Of a stretch of DNA of 64,000 bases, positions 12,169 to 24,200 are shown one piece after another. The first letter of the stretch is position 1. The number at the start of each line of letters is the position of its first letter. The position numbers were made by a program, and so were the translations under genes. The notes under the pieces were generated by a model that saw nothing but the letters and a program-made list of their open reading frames with translations, ran no database searches and was not told the origin of the DNA. Source of the DNA: Haliotis rubra (taxonomy: Eukaryota); assembly GCF_003918875.1 (NCBI RefSeq), contig NW_025765336.1, positions 2,604,001 through 2,668,000 of the forward strand. Reading direction: 5' to 3'.

Positions 12169-12169
12169 A

Positions 12170-12205
<36 letters not shown>
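12169..12205. repeat. (AAT)n microsatellite
   Basis: About 12 AAT units. Confidence 0.95.
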
Positions 12206-12207
<2 letters not shown>

Positions 12208-12230
12208 TCAAACCTTTAATACAGCAATAG

Positions 12231-12894
12231 AAGTGAGTGAGTTAATATTTACCGTCACATCGGCAATGTTTCAGCCATCTCGTGACGAGAACAAATTCGA
12301 CGTTGATAAAGAATATGCGTATATTATAAAACCTGTCGTCAAAAGATAGTAAAACAACTAGACTATCACAGTTAGAATTAAAACTAGCATGTAAAGTTAA
12401 AATTAATTGCACTACTTGGACAATACATAATATAAAAACAGGCTATAGATCGCCAACAACTGAAGGTAGATCACCATGCTAGGGTCCATGGGGACTTCCT
12501 GTACTTTTGTTTCCTGCATGGACCCTAGCTGGATTTACACCACCCCATCAGCCATTGGCGATTGTGCTTAGAATTAGCCACAAATTAAAATGACAATAAT
12601 ACTACGATTAAAAAATGTGGTAGGTTAAAATTAACTTTGAATGTTTTGTGATGTATGCTCTCAGGAGGACAAAAATCTTACAATACTTAAAGCCCCTTTG
12701 AGAATACAGCCACTCACAATCTCAGTTACTAATCTAAACTACCAATCATTAAAATACATGTATGTCCAAAACATATGCATCAATATTTATCAATCAGTTC
12801 TATTTCTTTTGATAAAATGATAATTACCATTATTGAAAAGATCCTTAACACTTTTAACACTGAAATATTTATCCCTTGTGATGCAAAAATCAGT
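12231..12894 (-). mobile_element. 5'-truncated I/Nimb-like LINE 3' end (ORF2 tail plus 3' UTR)
   Basis: Minus strand reads DFCITRDKYFSVKSVKDLFN, then UTR ending GGCTGAAACATTGCCGATGTGACGGTAAATATTAACTCACTCACT. Candidate TSD A(C/A)AGCAATAG at 12221-12230 and 12895-12904. Confidence 0.7.
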
Positions 12895-13408
12895 AAAGCA
12901 ATAGGAAAACACCGCTAATTGTATAATTCCGATGTGAACCACTCATAAATAGTGATGATGCCAGGTGTTCGCGAAGAAGTAAGCATATTCTCCCCCACTG
13001 ACTGTATCGTCACAAACACATGCAAATGTCAATAGTTCACCTGTAAAAACACATTAACATCACAGCAATCATGTATTCATGCTTATGGTCAAGTGTAGTA
13101 TCGCACTATGGGCTTTTACTATTTTGTAAATGTTTTACAGTATTTGTGTATTTGATTCAGTTTTGTCAGACGCTGACGTTTGCCTCCTAACAAACACATG
13201 TTTTCATTACATGTAGAAACATGTATGCATTTGTGTTGTTATCATACCCATCTGTGAAATCTGTCATGGAAATAGTACATCTATGTTTGATTGTAGTAGA
13301 CAATAGGCATTGTTAATGCACTTACTTCATGGTAAGAAATCATATGCGAATAAAAATTCCGAAACGCAATCGAAAGTCGTCATTTAGTTTGTGATAATGG
13401 TACATTTC

Positions 13409-13532
13409 ACACTGTTATTACCATTACATTAGGAACCAAAGCCTCGTGAACACATTTTATTTGATAAATATGTCACTGTCATTATCATTAGGAACCAAAG
13501 CCTCGTGAACTCATTTTATTTGTAAAATATGT
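13409..13532. repeat. Tandem duplication, ~59-bp unit x2
   Basis: CATTAGGAACCAAAGCCTCGTGAAC(A/T)CATTTTATTTG occurs twice. Confidence 0.85.
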
Positions 13533-14224
13533 CCGGAATAAACACAGAGTGAAATGAGGATGAAGAGGATCAGTACTCAACCCTGAAGTTGCAGAAGGCA
13601 CAAATGTGCTGCGGGTGACGGTAAATGCTGCGGCCGTTCACCTGGTACCGTTCCGCAGGCTGTGAACCGTCTCTTCCTGTATCCACTGTATTTAAGACCA
13701 GGCGTTTTTCTGTCTATACCCCGACCATATGTACTCTAACCTTTGCATGGTCTCTCTTGCAGTTCTAGCCTATCCAAATGATTTTTGCGTCAAAATTCAG
13801 ACATTGTAAATATTAGGTAATGAGAAACGAGGAGGTTCTTTAAACCTCAGATGCGATCAAAATAGGGCATTTTGATGAAGACTTTCAAAATAACCACCAA
13901 AACGATTTTAGATGTTTGATGTTTAAATATCACTACTTTGGGGGTATAAACGAGCATGCTCCTTTATTAAGATTTAAAAGATCGTGATAAGACACTTGCC
14001 CAGAAGTTCGATCAGGGTTGCAACATTGGTTGTATGGTAGTCATGTGGACATTTCACATTCTGATGTTCTAGGGACAAAAATGTCGTCAGATGCAATTCC
14101 TTAGTTTGACTTGTACCTTGGGTTCCCGAAACTTTTCAGGTGAACAATTGTCTTTTACATACGTTTGTAATGGATGCCACCGGTATGGCTTGAGACGCTC
14201 GCCTTTTTGTAGTCTACAGTAGTA

Positions 14225-14510
14225 CATACATGAAGATATCGGACCTCATGCAAAACAGGTGGGACACCCAAGTAGGATTAAATAGACTTCATGAATTGAA
14301 GCCAACAATTGGTTATACCTACTTGGGTTGTCAGTCGAGATGTTATGAGGTAATTTCACGACGATGTCGTATTGGCCACAGTCGGTTTACTCATGACTAT
14401 CTGCTGAAAACAGATGGAGATGGACCTCCCTTGTGTGTCTCTTGCGACGAAGTGTTCACCATGAAGCATATTCTGCTTTACTGTGCGGACTTTTCAAATG
14501 CAAGACTTGT
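14225..14510 (+). mobile_element. I/Nimb/Jockey-group LINE ORF2 C-terminal fragment
   Basis: RCRIGHSRFTHDYLL...PPLCVSCDEVFTMKHILLYC, the CCHC-containing C-terminus typical of RNase H-bearing LINEs. Confidence 0.8.
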
Positions 14511-15019
14511 TTTCCCACGTGAGCGGGCATCTTATTGTTAACTTCCGGAGGGAAGTTGACCTGTATTATAAACTGTAACTATGTAATGTGCATGACGACT
14601 TGCTTGTTTTATATATGGTGTTTTTTTTAAAAAAAAGACACATTTGGACTTAGTATTTAAAATGTTTATGAATGCAGATTTGATCTCTTCACTATATGAC
14701 TGGAATAATGTCAATGTGACGTAAAGCCCCACTAAATTCAACACAGCATGAAGAAATCCACAACTGATTCAACTGCGGGATTATAATCACAAATATTGGT
14801 TCATGAGCAGATGTGTAATCACATGGTATAATATCTATATATAGGATACCTACAATACACCAAAGGCACGATGGCTGTTGTGCTTATCAAACTTTTGTTA
14901 ACGAAACTAACCACGAACTGGACTATAGTACCTACTTCAGAGAGTGGTACGTTCTCAGATACACTCATTTTTCATGCCAGTATTACTCGGTAATGGCAAA
15001 TGGCATGATCAGTTTTTCA

Positions 15020-15430
15020 ATGAATGAATGAATGAATGAATTATTTCCTCCAAAAGGATATTCGAAGATTACATAAACAAACATCAGTCAGTTACATATA
15101 TGTACATATGATATGTATAAAAGCACGGTTATTTACAACAATGATAGTTCAGAAAGTATACATAAAGGAATCTTTTAAAGAATAGGTATAGTTCGAAAAA
15201 TGAAGTATGATGGTTTGCCATGCTGTTTCATGAAGGCCAGGGATGTGAAGTTTTGCACCACAAAACAGTACAAGGGCATCTTCATCATCAAGCATTTCAA
15301 TAAATACATATAATTCTACGTCCAGTAGGTCAAGTAGTGTCATATAAAAATTATGTCTTTGGCTCATTGCAGATTCACAATGTAAAATGATGTGGGCATC
15401 TCGGTCATAGCAGTTCTTATTACAAAGCAT
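15020..15430 (-). mobile_element. Decayed LINE 3' end with (ATTC)n tail
   Basis: Minus-strand C-terminal LCNKNC..DAHIILHC motif, then UTR ending AATAATTCATTCATTCATTCATT. Confidence 0.55.
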
Positions 15431-15461
15431 ACATTCTTTTGAGAATTTGGCTTTAGAACCG

Positions 15462-16541
15462 TGTTACGACGTAAATTGTAATAACGCGGTAAAATGTAAT
15501 AAACTGCGGCAAATTGTAATAACACCGGAGGCCAAACTAACATTGGAATTCGACTTTCTTTGGAAATTAGAAGGAATCAGAGATGTTATTACATTTTACC
15601 GCGCCAGTTATTACAATTTGCCGCAGTTTATTACAATTTACCGCGCTTGTTATTACAATTTGCCGCAGTTTGTTAGAATTTACAGCACATGGCTCTCAGT
15701 TCGACTGATAGAAATAATCCAAAATATTGCCTTTTTTCGTTCTTTTAACAAGCCAGTGGTGGAATGTGACCATGCTTAAGTCGAACTAACTCTGAAATTC
15801 GACTTTCTTTGGAAATTAGAAGGATTCAGAGATGTTATTACAATTTACCGCGCTTGTTATCACAATTTGCCGCAGTTTGTTAGAATTTACGGCTCAAGCC
15901 TCTCAGTTTGAATGATAGAAATAATCCAAATTATTTTCCTTTTTTCATTCATTTAACATCCCAGTGATGGGATCTGACCATAATGAAGCCAAACAAACAC
16001 TGGAATTCGACTTTCTTTGGAAATTAGAAGGATTCAGAGATGTTATTACAATTTACCGCACCAGTTATTACAATTTGCCGCAGTTTATTACAATTTACCG
16101 CGCTTGTTATTACAATTTGCCGCAGTTTGTTACCGTTTTCGATTAATGCCGATGTTTTCAAAGTCCGGATTTTGATTTTTATAAAGCTGGAATTCGACCT
16201 TCTTTGGAAAGTAGAAGGAATCAGAGATGCCGATGTTTCAAGGTCCGGGTTGGGATTTTTATAAAGCTTAGTCTCTCATTTTAACATCAAGAATGTTTCC
16301 TTGCATAATAGGCAATGAAATGTATTTTATTACATTTTACCGCAGGGGTTATTACAATTTGCCGCAGTTTAAGTTATTACAATTTGCCGCAGTTTTTATT
16401 ACAATTTACCGCGGTTCAGTTATTACAATTTACCGCGTTTTTTATTACAATTTACCGCGGTATTACAATTTACCGCGGTGTTATTACAATTAGCCGCAGT
16501 TTATTACATTTTACCGCGTTATTACAATTTACGTCGTAACA
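15462..16541. mobile_element. Foldback-like non-autonomous DNA element with TGT...ACA termini and TTATTACAATTT(A/G)CCGC subrepeats
   Basis: ~65-bp TIR TGTTACGACGTAAATTGTAATAACGCGG..., more than 15 internal ~19-21-bp subrepeats, and 3-4 copies of a ~230-250-bp block. No TSD visible. Confidence 0.8.
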
Positions 16542-16637
16542 TCCCCCCTCGAGACCAGTAAACAACTTATAGTATTCACACCAGCATTATTCCAGCAATA
16601 TCTGGTGTATTAGACCAGCAATTGATATCATGACCAC

Positions 16638-16768
16638 GAGTGAGCGAGTGAGTTTGGTTCTACGCCGCTTTTAGCAATATTCCAGCAATATCACGGCAAG
16701 GGACATCAGAAATGAGCTTCACACACTGTACCCATGTGGGGAATGGAACCCGGGTATTCGGCGTGACA
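16638..16768 (-). mobile_element. SINE family A, 5'-truncated
   Basis: GAGTGAGTTTGGTTCTACGCCGCTTTTAGCAATATTCCAGC...GAACCCGGG. Confidence 0.8.
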
Positions 16769-17651
16769 TGAGCAACGTATGAAGATGACACGATATAGAT
16801 AGACCACGTCTACGAATCTGACCATTAAGCATAGGAGGCTGGGGACCATCTCAAAATCCCGACGGTGCGACATTGTACATCAAAACATGTAGAACACTTT
16901 GTAAACTGCAATTAATGCCATACTGTGCATGCATGTGCACAAGTTTACAGAATTTCAGAGAAATCAGTTATCCTAAGATAACTGAAACGGGTGAAAAATG
17001 AATTTCAAGTTTGCTGCCTGATAATATATTTTACAAAATCCTCAAATATTTGCGATCCAGGCATTCATATTTCGTCCCTTAGAAACATTTCCACCATATT
17101 AACAACCTCTGCATACATAATTGTTGAACATTTAGAAATAAGCAGCATCGGTAGGCTAGTATTTTAGCCAAATATGTTCAACTAACAACTTTTCATTCTT
17201 CTCATCGTAAGTGAATCAAAGGTTGTCAGAACCGTCACCTCTCGGGTTTTCGTCCAACTTCTGAAAATTGAACATCGGGATTGTCTCCCACAGTCAGCTT
17301 ACACTGGTGATACAAGCTGAACTACTCTTCAAACCTGCTCGTCACCAACGCTCACAACTCGGCAATCCTGTCCAATGTACCTACTCCCTGTCAGAGGAAT
17401 GGTGTGTCAACGGTACTTTTACGGACGCTTCATTTCTTTAGCACATATATTTCAATTTAGCCCCAACGTTCTTTGTTGTCGTTTGTATGAGAATGGGAGT
17501 ATATTCCGTGGTAAGTTACTGACATCTAGGATATGATCAATAAATTGTTACACCATTTTAAGGGGTTGACGAGCATTTGATGTTTGCATTGAACTTTTAC
17601 GACACTTTAGCCAGTCTACTCGTCGGCTGAACACCTCCCTTGTATGTATGG

Positions 17652-17886
17652 GTTGTTGTTTAATGCGGCAATGGGTAATATTCCTGATATATTGCGGCGG
17701 TCTGTAAATAATCGAGTCTGGACCAGACAATCCAGTGATCAACATCATGAGCATTGATCTACGCAATTGGGAACCGATGACATGTGTCAACCAAGTCAGC
17801 GAGCCTGACCACCCGATCCCGTTAGTCGCCTCTTACGACAAACATGGGTTGCTGAAGACCAATTCTAATCCGGATCTTCACGGGTA
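17652..17886 (-). mobile_element. SINE-like family B, full-length copy (non-tRNA structured head)
   Basis: Reverse complement aligns along its whole length with 61311-61555. Confidence 0.85.
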
Positions 17887-18970
17887 TCCATTTTAGAGAG
17901 GTCTTGACAAATAGCCGGTCATGGTAGTGCTCACTTAAAATGCTGTTGCAAGACGTGCAATATTAAGGCGGGCATTATGATGCTGACGTGACGACCCTTC
18001 ATTAGCGCAAATGGAGGAATAGGAACCCAATTCGTCCCGGTGGCATACACCATACAATACACCATTGAACCTTATATGGAGCAATTACTTTTTTCCGTTG
18101 GTATATAAATTTACTCTATTACTGAGTGGTATTAATTGTGTAACATATGACATACAAACGCACGCACGCACGCACAGAAATCGCAAGCAAAAACAAATAC
18201 AGTAAGCTATGTTTGTGACTAACGCGCGAAAAACGGTGGGCTGTTTTTCTACCTGTGACTTGATATATATCTATATATTCCGAACTAAGTTGTAGTGCCT
18301 TTGAGTCCGTTCGTTGTACAGAAAGCCGTCATTAAGATCACGTAACTCATACACATGTCCATCTCTTTAAACAGGATCATTCGATATTACACGCATGGAA
18401 ATATATTTCATGTTTGCCGTTTAAGCATACAAAATCTGTTTTTGCGCTGAGCAAGAAATCCATATTTCAATCTTTGGAAGCCATGACGCCTTCGAATTTT
18501 CGAGGTTTCTTTTGCCACCGGTGAATATTTATTTTACCATTTTTAGATCTACGCCACTTTGGGTTCCCATTAAGCTGACGCACCATACATAATATGAGTG
18601 GAATATTATTCAAGGCAGCACACATTCCACGCACTGACACCGACTGTCGCTGTCAAGAACAATGTGAAGCTCAGCTATTGCCGGCCACAGTGATAGAATA
18701 TGTCTGTGGCACTTTTAGTGACGCTTCAGCACCTTCGGAATATAAATATAAAATTGTTCCTAACGTACTTTGGTGTCATGTGTGGTACAGCAGAAGCATA
18801 CCATAAACATACATTATCATGTTGTACTTACTGTACAATGTTAGTAGTAACAGCTGACTTATATGTCTAGCTTGACAAGCACCAAGGGTTAGCAATGTAA
18901 TTTTACGACGCTTCAATCAATTAAGAAATGACATCGTGAAGAAAACAGCAGGACTTGTTTATTGTTTATA

Positions 18971-19132
18971 CTGACTGAGTTTGGTTTTACGCCGCTTTTA
19001 GCAATATTCCAGCAACATCACGGCGGGGGACACCAGAAATGGGCTTCACACATTGTACCCATGTGGGGATTCGAACCCGGGTCTTCGGCGTGACGAGCCA
19101 ACGCTTTAACCACTAGACTACCCCACCGCCCC
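18971..19132 (-). mobile_element. SINE family A, full-length with 14-bp TSD
   Basis: Head has A/B boxes and anticodon arm TTGGC-TCGTCAC-GCCGA (GTC, Asp). TSD GTTTATTGTTTATA at 18957-18970 and 19133-19146. Confidence 0.93.
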
Positions 19133-19235
19133 GTTTATTGTTTATAACCGCATTCAGCAATATGACAGTGGTTGTAAATGATCGAATCTGGATAAGACAA
19201 TAAAGTAATTGATCTTATCATCTAATGGAGGGTGT

Positions 19236-19900
19236 TATAAGTGCAATAAAGAAATCAGATAAACTTGGTATCCAAATCTGATAACTATGCAAATTACGTC
19301 AATCCACGAACTACTTTCACAAAGTCCATACACACCATGCGAATACTAAAACGTTAACATTTCATTGATGACGTCGTCGAGAGATTACATTGTTTGTTAA
19401 CAAACGTGGCTGCCCCCATTTTCAAAATTGGTGATTCTGTAAGAAATGATGACAGAGGTTCTGGAGTCGTTACTGCAGTAATTGACTTTGGAAAATATGA
19501 AACGGAGTATTTCGTTCAAACTGAAGGTACGGATTGTGAGGCACGACTAAAAGGCAATCGTCAAAGAAAGGTACCAACCAAGGATTTCGATCCATCGATC
19601 ACAATACAGACGACGAATCGATTCCGTGAGGTATCAGAAACTGATATTAATGAGGTGATTACCCGCAATGGAAATAGAAACACTGCCAGGAAAGCCCTGC
19701 CCGATTTGTTTCTTCTTTTTAGACAGAAAGATCTTATTTTAAGCGTCAGTTATGTTTGCACTGTATTAGCGACTAGTCACAACCATATGCTACCGTCATG
19801 AACGACCTTCACCTTGGTGTACCGCTAAGTATTCTTACGCAGAATGCTCGTTTCTTTTCATATAAATTCACGTATGATTTGCTTCTTTATTTAAGAATAA
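19236..19900 (+). mobile_element. Possible Crypton-derived (tyrosine-recombinase transposon) relic
   Basis: ORF 19394-19801 contains NRFREVSETDINEVITRNGNRNTARK, resembling the RF..VS..DI....N.NT.RK leader upstream of the DUF3504 domain in Crypton/ZMYM-like proteins. The recombinase core is absent. Confidence 0.45.
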
Positions 19901-20450
19901 TTTTAAGAATGACATTATATGATGAAGAGATTATTAACAAAGGCTCTTATAATACAATTTTTATTCCCATTATGTGATATTATTGATACGGAAACACACT
20001 CGGTAACCCCACATAACTATGAACAAAGCAGCTGATTTGCTAAGCCGACCTTTCCCATACGAAATGACGTTACAACCAGGTAATTGTATTAGTTCTTCTG
20101 AAAAAGGTAATATATATAAGGTAGGAGCTACGACAAGTAAATATTTCTTTTCTATTTTTCTAATCATTAAATTATATTTTTACCTACTATACATTTGACT
20201 GCAAATTACATCTCAAAGTACTGTTTCACCCTCGGTTAGTTCCGTTTGTAGATACGTCAGCATAAAGAACACCACAACGTTGTTCGTGGTGTCCCCTCCA
20301 ACAATTAATCGTTATTACATTGAGTAATCCATTCGTGTTATTTGCCCTCATGGCGTGATTACTTCAATTCGGTGGTTACAAAATTCAGAATTTACAACAT
20401 TGTGGCTGTACACTTCTTCTCAGCAGGGCAAGTGTTAAACGTGCAAATAC

Positions 20451-20725
20451 ACTTCCTGTTAGTGCAGGGCAATTTGTGGTCGTGTGGCAAACCGCAACAG
20501 GGACGCGAAGACAAACATAAAACACTAGGGTGAGGATAAGGGTTGAGCCTGAAGTTCTTAGATGCGGCGGATATGTTTAAACTTATATAAGTTGCAAGGT
20601 AATAAACAGTACGCTGGAATTAATGACAGAAAACAGACATGCATTGAACATGTCAACAAGACAAGTCTGTACATGAGTATGGCATGCATGGTGTTTGTGA
20701 AGGAGGCGTCACCCAGACCGTAAGT
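20451..20725 (+). promoter_or_regulatory. Candidate promoter plus first exon (ETS/RUNX/GATA/TATA cluster, GTAAGT donor)
   Basis: ACTTCCTG 20451, TGTGGTC 20475, AACCGCA 20490, GATAAG 20535, TTATATAAG 20583, GTAAGT 20720. Confidence 0.35.
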
Positions 20726-21072
20726 AATCTGCGTTCTTGGTTTCATATTCTTTTAGTTGACTGCACTATTGTTTCCACATTCCGAGTATCGTTTAAAGTA
20801 GATTTAATATCCGTTGTAACCCCATTCTTTCTATGATGTTTTTGGAAGAGTCTATTTTATTTATATATGGATATTAGTGGCGCAGCTACTGCTTAGTCAC
20901 AAAATCACTTTGAAAACCTTTGGGAATAGATCAAACTGGGGTTTTCTAAAGTGCAATATTGTGTCCATCAGTCGTTATGTTTTCAAGTTACATAATTTAC
21001 ATCGTGAATACTGTTGCTGATGAATAGGTTGAATACTGTTGTGTTTGCTTAGTTCTTCTCAACGTATCATTA

Positions 21073-21240
21073 GGGGCAATGAGGTAGCCTAGTGGTTAAG
21101 CGTTCGCTCGTCAAGCCGAGAACCCGAGTTCGATTCCCCACATAAGTACAATGTGTGAAGCCCATTTCTGATGTCCCCTGTCGTAATATTGCTGGAATAT
21201 TGCTAAAGGCGGCGAAAACTATGCTCACTCACTTACTCAT
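21073..21240 (+). mobile_element. SINE family A, full-length
   Basis: A/B boxes, body and tail present; flanked by near-identical TCAACGTAT..TTA direct repeats. Confidence 0.88.
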
Positions 21241-21289
21241 TCAACGTATTTATTACAACGTTAAAACTGTTCTTCACTATACAAACGTG

Positions 21290-24200
21290 TCACAATCATG
21301 TGTTGTGTTCTCTTTGGGTTCTTAGCCTGGTAAATGTTGGGCTACAATCAGGTGATGCTTTNNNNNNNNNNNNNNNNNNNNNNNNNNNNNNNNNNNNNNN
21401 NNNNNNNNNNNNNNNNNNNNNNNNNNNNNNNNNNNNNNNNNNNNNNNNNNNNNNNNNNNNNNNNNNNNNNNNNNNNNNNNNNNNNNNNNNNNNNNNNNNN
21501 NNNNNNNNNNNNNNNNNNNNNTTGATTACGATTACTGGTTATTGTAGACTCTTTTGAGGTCATAACCCGTTAAATATTCGCCTAAATGAAATTAGCAGTA
21601 TTATGATTCCATTTTAAAGACGCTACATTTTTTTTTTTTATTTGATAATTATGTCACGAGAGGTCACCATGATCTGATGGTCACGGGTGTTTTAAGAATA
21701 CATGTGTATCAGCGTTGTCGAATAACATACTCATGAGTGATCGTGCTACGTTCAATATATTTATAGTATTTTGCATTCATACAATGTGCACAATAAGCTA
21801 TTTGTGTCAATTAACACTTGACTGAACTACTGTACTATACAAATCATTATTATACATTTTTTACATTAACCTTTTGATTTCCGTCTATGGTAAAGCATTG
21901 AATATGTCTATATAGGATAGGATATGTAACAAACAACAGTACAACAGTACTCACGTTGTTTCACAACACAATGCATCTAATAGCACAGGTATCCAGTCCG
22001 TTTTGGTCGTGCCCCGAACATGCAACCTTAACACACACATTCTCGTGCTAAGCGCCCACATCGTGGTATCTCGCAATGGACATGCGTCGACACGGACACA
22101 AACTCATTACCGTTAACTATGATATGATATAGATATTTTGGGCAATTGAAATGAATNNNNNNNNNNNNNNNNNNNNNNNNNNNNNNNNNNNNNNNNNNNN
22201 NNNNNNNNNNNNNNNNNNNNNNNNNNNNNNNNNNNNNNNNNNNNNNNNNNNNNNNNNNNNNNNNNNNNNNNNNNNNNNNNNNNNNNNNNNNNNNNNNNNN
22301 NNNNNNNNNNNNNNNNNNNNNNNNNNNNNNNNNNNNNNNNNNNNNNNNNNNNNNNNNNNNNNNNNNNNNNNNNNNNNNNNNNNNNNNNNNNNNNNNNNNN
22401 NNNNNNNNNNNNNNNNNNNNNNNNNNNNNNCAATCGTTTACTTGAAATTGACACGTTTACGGCTTCATTTTTAAAGCGCATGGACGCTATGTTTTGATCT
22501 GATAATTATGACATAAGAGGTCACCATGATCTGAATAACATACTCATGAGTGATCGTGCTACGTTCAATATATTTATAGTATTTTGCATTCATACAATGT
22601 GCACAATAAGCTATTTGTGTCAATTAACACTTGACTTAACTACTGTACTATACAAATCATTATTATACATTTTTTACATTAACCTTTTGATTTCCGTCTA
22701 TGGTAAAGCATTGAATATGTCTATATAGAATAGGATATGTAACAAACAACAGTACTCACGTTGTTTCACAACACCATGCATCTAATCGCACAGGTATCCA
22801 GTCCGTCTTGGTCGTGCCCTGAACATGCATCCCTAACACACACACACATTCTCGTGCTAAGCGCCCACATCGTGTTCTGTCGCACATGCACATGCGTCGA
22901 CACGGATACAAATCTTCTCACTACTGTTAACTATGTTTTGATGTAGATATTTTGGGCAATTAATATGACTTTCATTTATAGGCAATTTGAAAACATTATA
23001 TATATGAAATTTCTCGAATTTTCCTTTCACTAAATAGACAAATGTTTTTGTCTTTGTATTTCCTGTTTTACCCCTTTCCTCTTCTGTTTGTTTGATAATT
23101 TCTGTTATGAATGTGACAATAAAAGAATGTCCTTGTTTTGTTTACGCATTATATCATTAAGTTATGATGTTTGTGTGTTCCTATGCAGTTTTGCATCCTC
23201 AAGACCCACTGTCTACTATTTTTGTCACCAGTTTCTAATTTTCGATGTCGGTTGAAATATCACAATATAGACAGGCAGTGGGTACATTTGCTGCAGCACT
23301 TCATTCTAAACACTCAGGTAAATTTGCTCTTTATCAACATCTATTCAAATTTCGTTGTCTGTATGGCAGTTGTGTTTCCATAATGATGTCACTTTTGGGA
23401 TTTTGCTTTTAGAATAGTCCATCTAAATGTACATAGTCTTAAGTAGAAATTAGATATTTTAAGAGTTGAACTTGGATTTTATGATGTGATATGTCTAACC
23501 GAAACTTGGTTAACTTCCGATACAAATAACATTGATATAAAAATTCCTGGCTTCCATCTACCTTTCCGTAAAGACAGACAAACTCGCGGTGGCGGTGTAG
23601 CAGTCTATGTAAAAGATACTATTTGTGCGTTGTTGATGTCTGATTTAGACATAGTCGGACTTGAGGAGATATGGATACAGACTAAATGTAAAACAAGAAA
23701 CTACCTGATTGGAACTTTTTATCGCGCCGACAAGAGCTCCGAATATTGGAATTTGATCGATGAATCAATAGGTAACGCAGTTGATCTTAATATGCAGACA
23801 ATTATTACCGATGGTTTCAATATTGACGTTCTTCATGGCAATAATCAAAAGATAGACTATATACAAAGTTACTACGGCCTTCGACAAATAATCACGGATG
23901 CTACTAGAATAACCGCAAGTAGTAAAACTTTGATCGATTTGATATTTGTTTCTCGCGTCGACGTTGTTAAAGATTCTGGTGTATTAGATCCCATATGCAT
24001 CGATCACTGCCCCGTATTTGTTAACATAGCAGAAATGATGCAGCACAAGAATTCATTCAAAAGGAAAATCTATGATTATTCTTCAATGGATGTTAATGGT
24101 ATGAATGAAACTATCAAAGAGATAAACTCCGATATATTTTTCTCTTCGGGGAACGTAGATAATATCACTGAAAACCTTACATCCTTGTTATTGAATATCA

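Noticed and set aside
19060-19132. tRNA-Asp gene
   Set aside because: The tRNA-like head lacks a proper acceptor stem and is fused to a repeated body and tail with a TSD, so it is a SINE.
21300-22481. ORFs spanning N runs (also 32329-32786)
   Set aside because: Artefacts of assembly gaps.
21530-22965. ~470-bp duplication as a biological tandem repeat
   Set aside because: The two copies flank an N-gap and may be haplotype or assembly redundancy; cannot be decided from this sequence.
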